Origin: Selaginella moellendorffii
Lineage: Eukaryota; Plantae; Lycopodiophyta
NCBI RefSeq assembly: GCF_000143415.4
Contig: NW_003314277.1
Coordinates: forward strand, 2,361,834-2,370,330
Length of the DNA: 8,497 nt
Direction of reading: 5' to 3'
Positions 7,685 through 8,497 of the stretch are shown here, piece by piece. Positions within the stretch are counted from its first letter, which is position 1. Each line of letters starts with the position of its first letter. The notes beneath the pieces were generated by a model. That model saw only the letters and a list, made by a program, of their open reading frames with translations. It was not told where the DNA came from and made no database searches. A program made the position numbers and the translations under genes.

Positions 7685-8497
7685 AAAGAACCTCGTCCAT
7701 CATATGCTAGAAAGTTGCTGGAACATTGTTCAAACCAAACAGCATCACCAAGAACTCATACAAACCAAATAATGTATGAAAAGCAGTCTTAGGAATATCT
7801 TCTTTAGCCATCGGTACTTGCCAGTACTTAGAAGCAAGATCTAGCTTGGTGAACCAACAACTTTGCCTCAAATGATCCAAGAGATCAGTAATGTGAGGGA
7901 GAGGGTACACATTCGGGATCGTCACTTCGTTTAATAAACGATAGTGTTCAAACCAAACAGCATCACCAAGAACTCATACAAACCAAATAGTGTATGAAAA
8001 GCAGTCTTAGGAATATCTTCTTTAGCCATCGGTACTTGCCAGTACTTAGAAGCAAGATCTAGCTTGGTGAACCAATGATTTCGCCTTAGATGATCCAAGA
8101 AATTAGTAATGTGAGGGAGAGGGTACACATTCGGGATCGTCATTTCGTTTAATAAACGATAGTCAATGCAAAAACAAATACTCCCATTAGACTTCATCAC
8201 AAGATGAGGTTCACATGCCCAAGAACTCTATGACTTCTGAATAACACTCTTCTCTAACATCTCCTTGACGTTTGTATGTAAAATTTTGATCTCTTTGGGT
8301 GACCGACGACGAACAACAACCTTGATGAGACGAGCATCCTCAGTTGGAATCAGATGATGTGTGGCAATCTTGGCCCCAGACGATAGGTCAAATTCAAAGA
8401 GATCAAAATAATCCTTCATGAGCCGGTCAACTGCTGCAACACAAAAATTGTTGGAGGGATCAGAAAAAGGGAAGAGTAGAACAAAACGGAAACATAG
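6093..8497 (-). mobile_element. Ty3/Gypsy LTR-retrotransposon pol fragment, copy B (RT, RNase H, integrase up to the catalytic E); degenerate and continuing beyond the window
   Basis: RT: RRRSPKE...[60 protein letters not shown]. RNase H: VDASDIGLGGVL, EKECLAVVWG. Integrase core: FDLMGPF...LDNGPAF...SAYHPQSNGLVE, with D (6215) and E (6107) 36 codons apart (D-35-E). Confidence 0.95.
7727..8162. repeat. Tandem direct duplication of 218 bp within RT (7727-7944 and 7945-8162)
   Basis: Both units run TGTTCAAACCAAACAGC...TTAATAAACGATAG with 10 substitutions and no indels. This explains the near-identical ORFs 7707-7925 and 7931-8200. Confidence 0.97.

Noticed and set aside
7727-8162. RT next to a near-identical repeat pair as a possible diversity-generating retroelement (TR/VR), or the repeats as LTRs
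   Set aside because: The repeats are RT coding sequence itself, the differences are not adenine-specific, the RT is Gypsy-type, and there are no TG...CA ends, PBS or PPT.
1-8497. CRISPR array, tRNA/rRNA genes, prokaryotic operon or defence system
   Set aside because: No regularly spaced repeats or structured-RNA signatures are seen. Spliceosomal introns and LTR-retrotransposon pol indicate eukaryotic DNA.

Overview
Eukaryotic, AT-rich window made almost entirely of decayed transposable elements, with no intact gene. The left half (205-4452, minus strand) is one pseudogenised, intron-containing gene for a large (~1,300 aa reconstructed) DDE transposase. Its motif order matches the P-element/Galileo/THAP9 group (EDE...SxDGD...DxxHxxK...RQNW...ENFF). 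It has no visible THAP domain. Its N-terminus instead carries a possible ubiquitin-like domain, two H-x5-H C2H2 zinc fingers and a Cys cluster, and it has a long C-terminal extension. Four very short GT-AG introns (45-69 nt) can be placed, and a candidate element end (5'-CAGG) abuts a (TA)7 tract at 4577/4578. The right half holds two degenerate copies of one Ty3/Gypsy pol region (RT-RNaseH-integrase) joined tail-to-tail inside integrase at ~6096-6101. Together they form a ~3 kb imperfect inverted repeat (~80% identity where counted). The minus-strand copy also carries a 218-bp tandem duplication in RT. The host may be a non-seed land plant, but this is only a weak inference from intron style and C>T/G>A decay.
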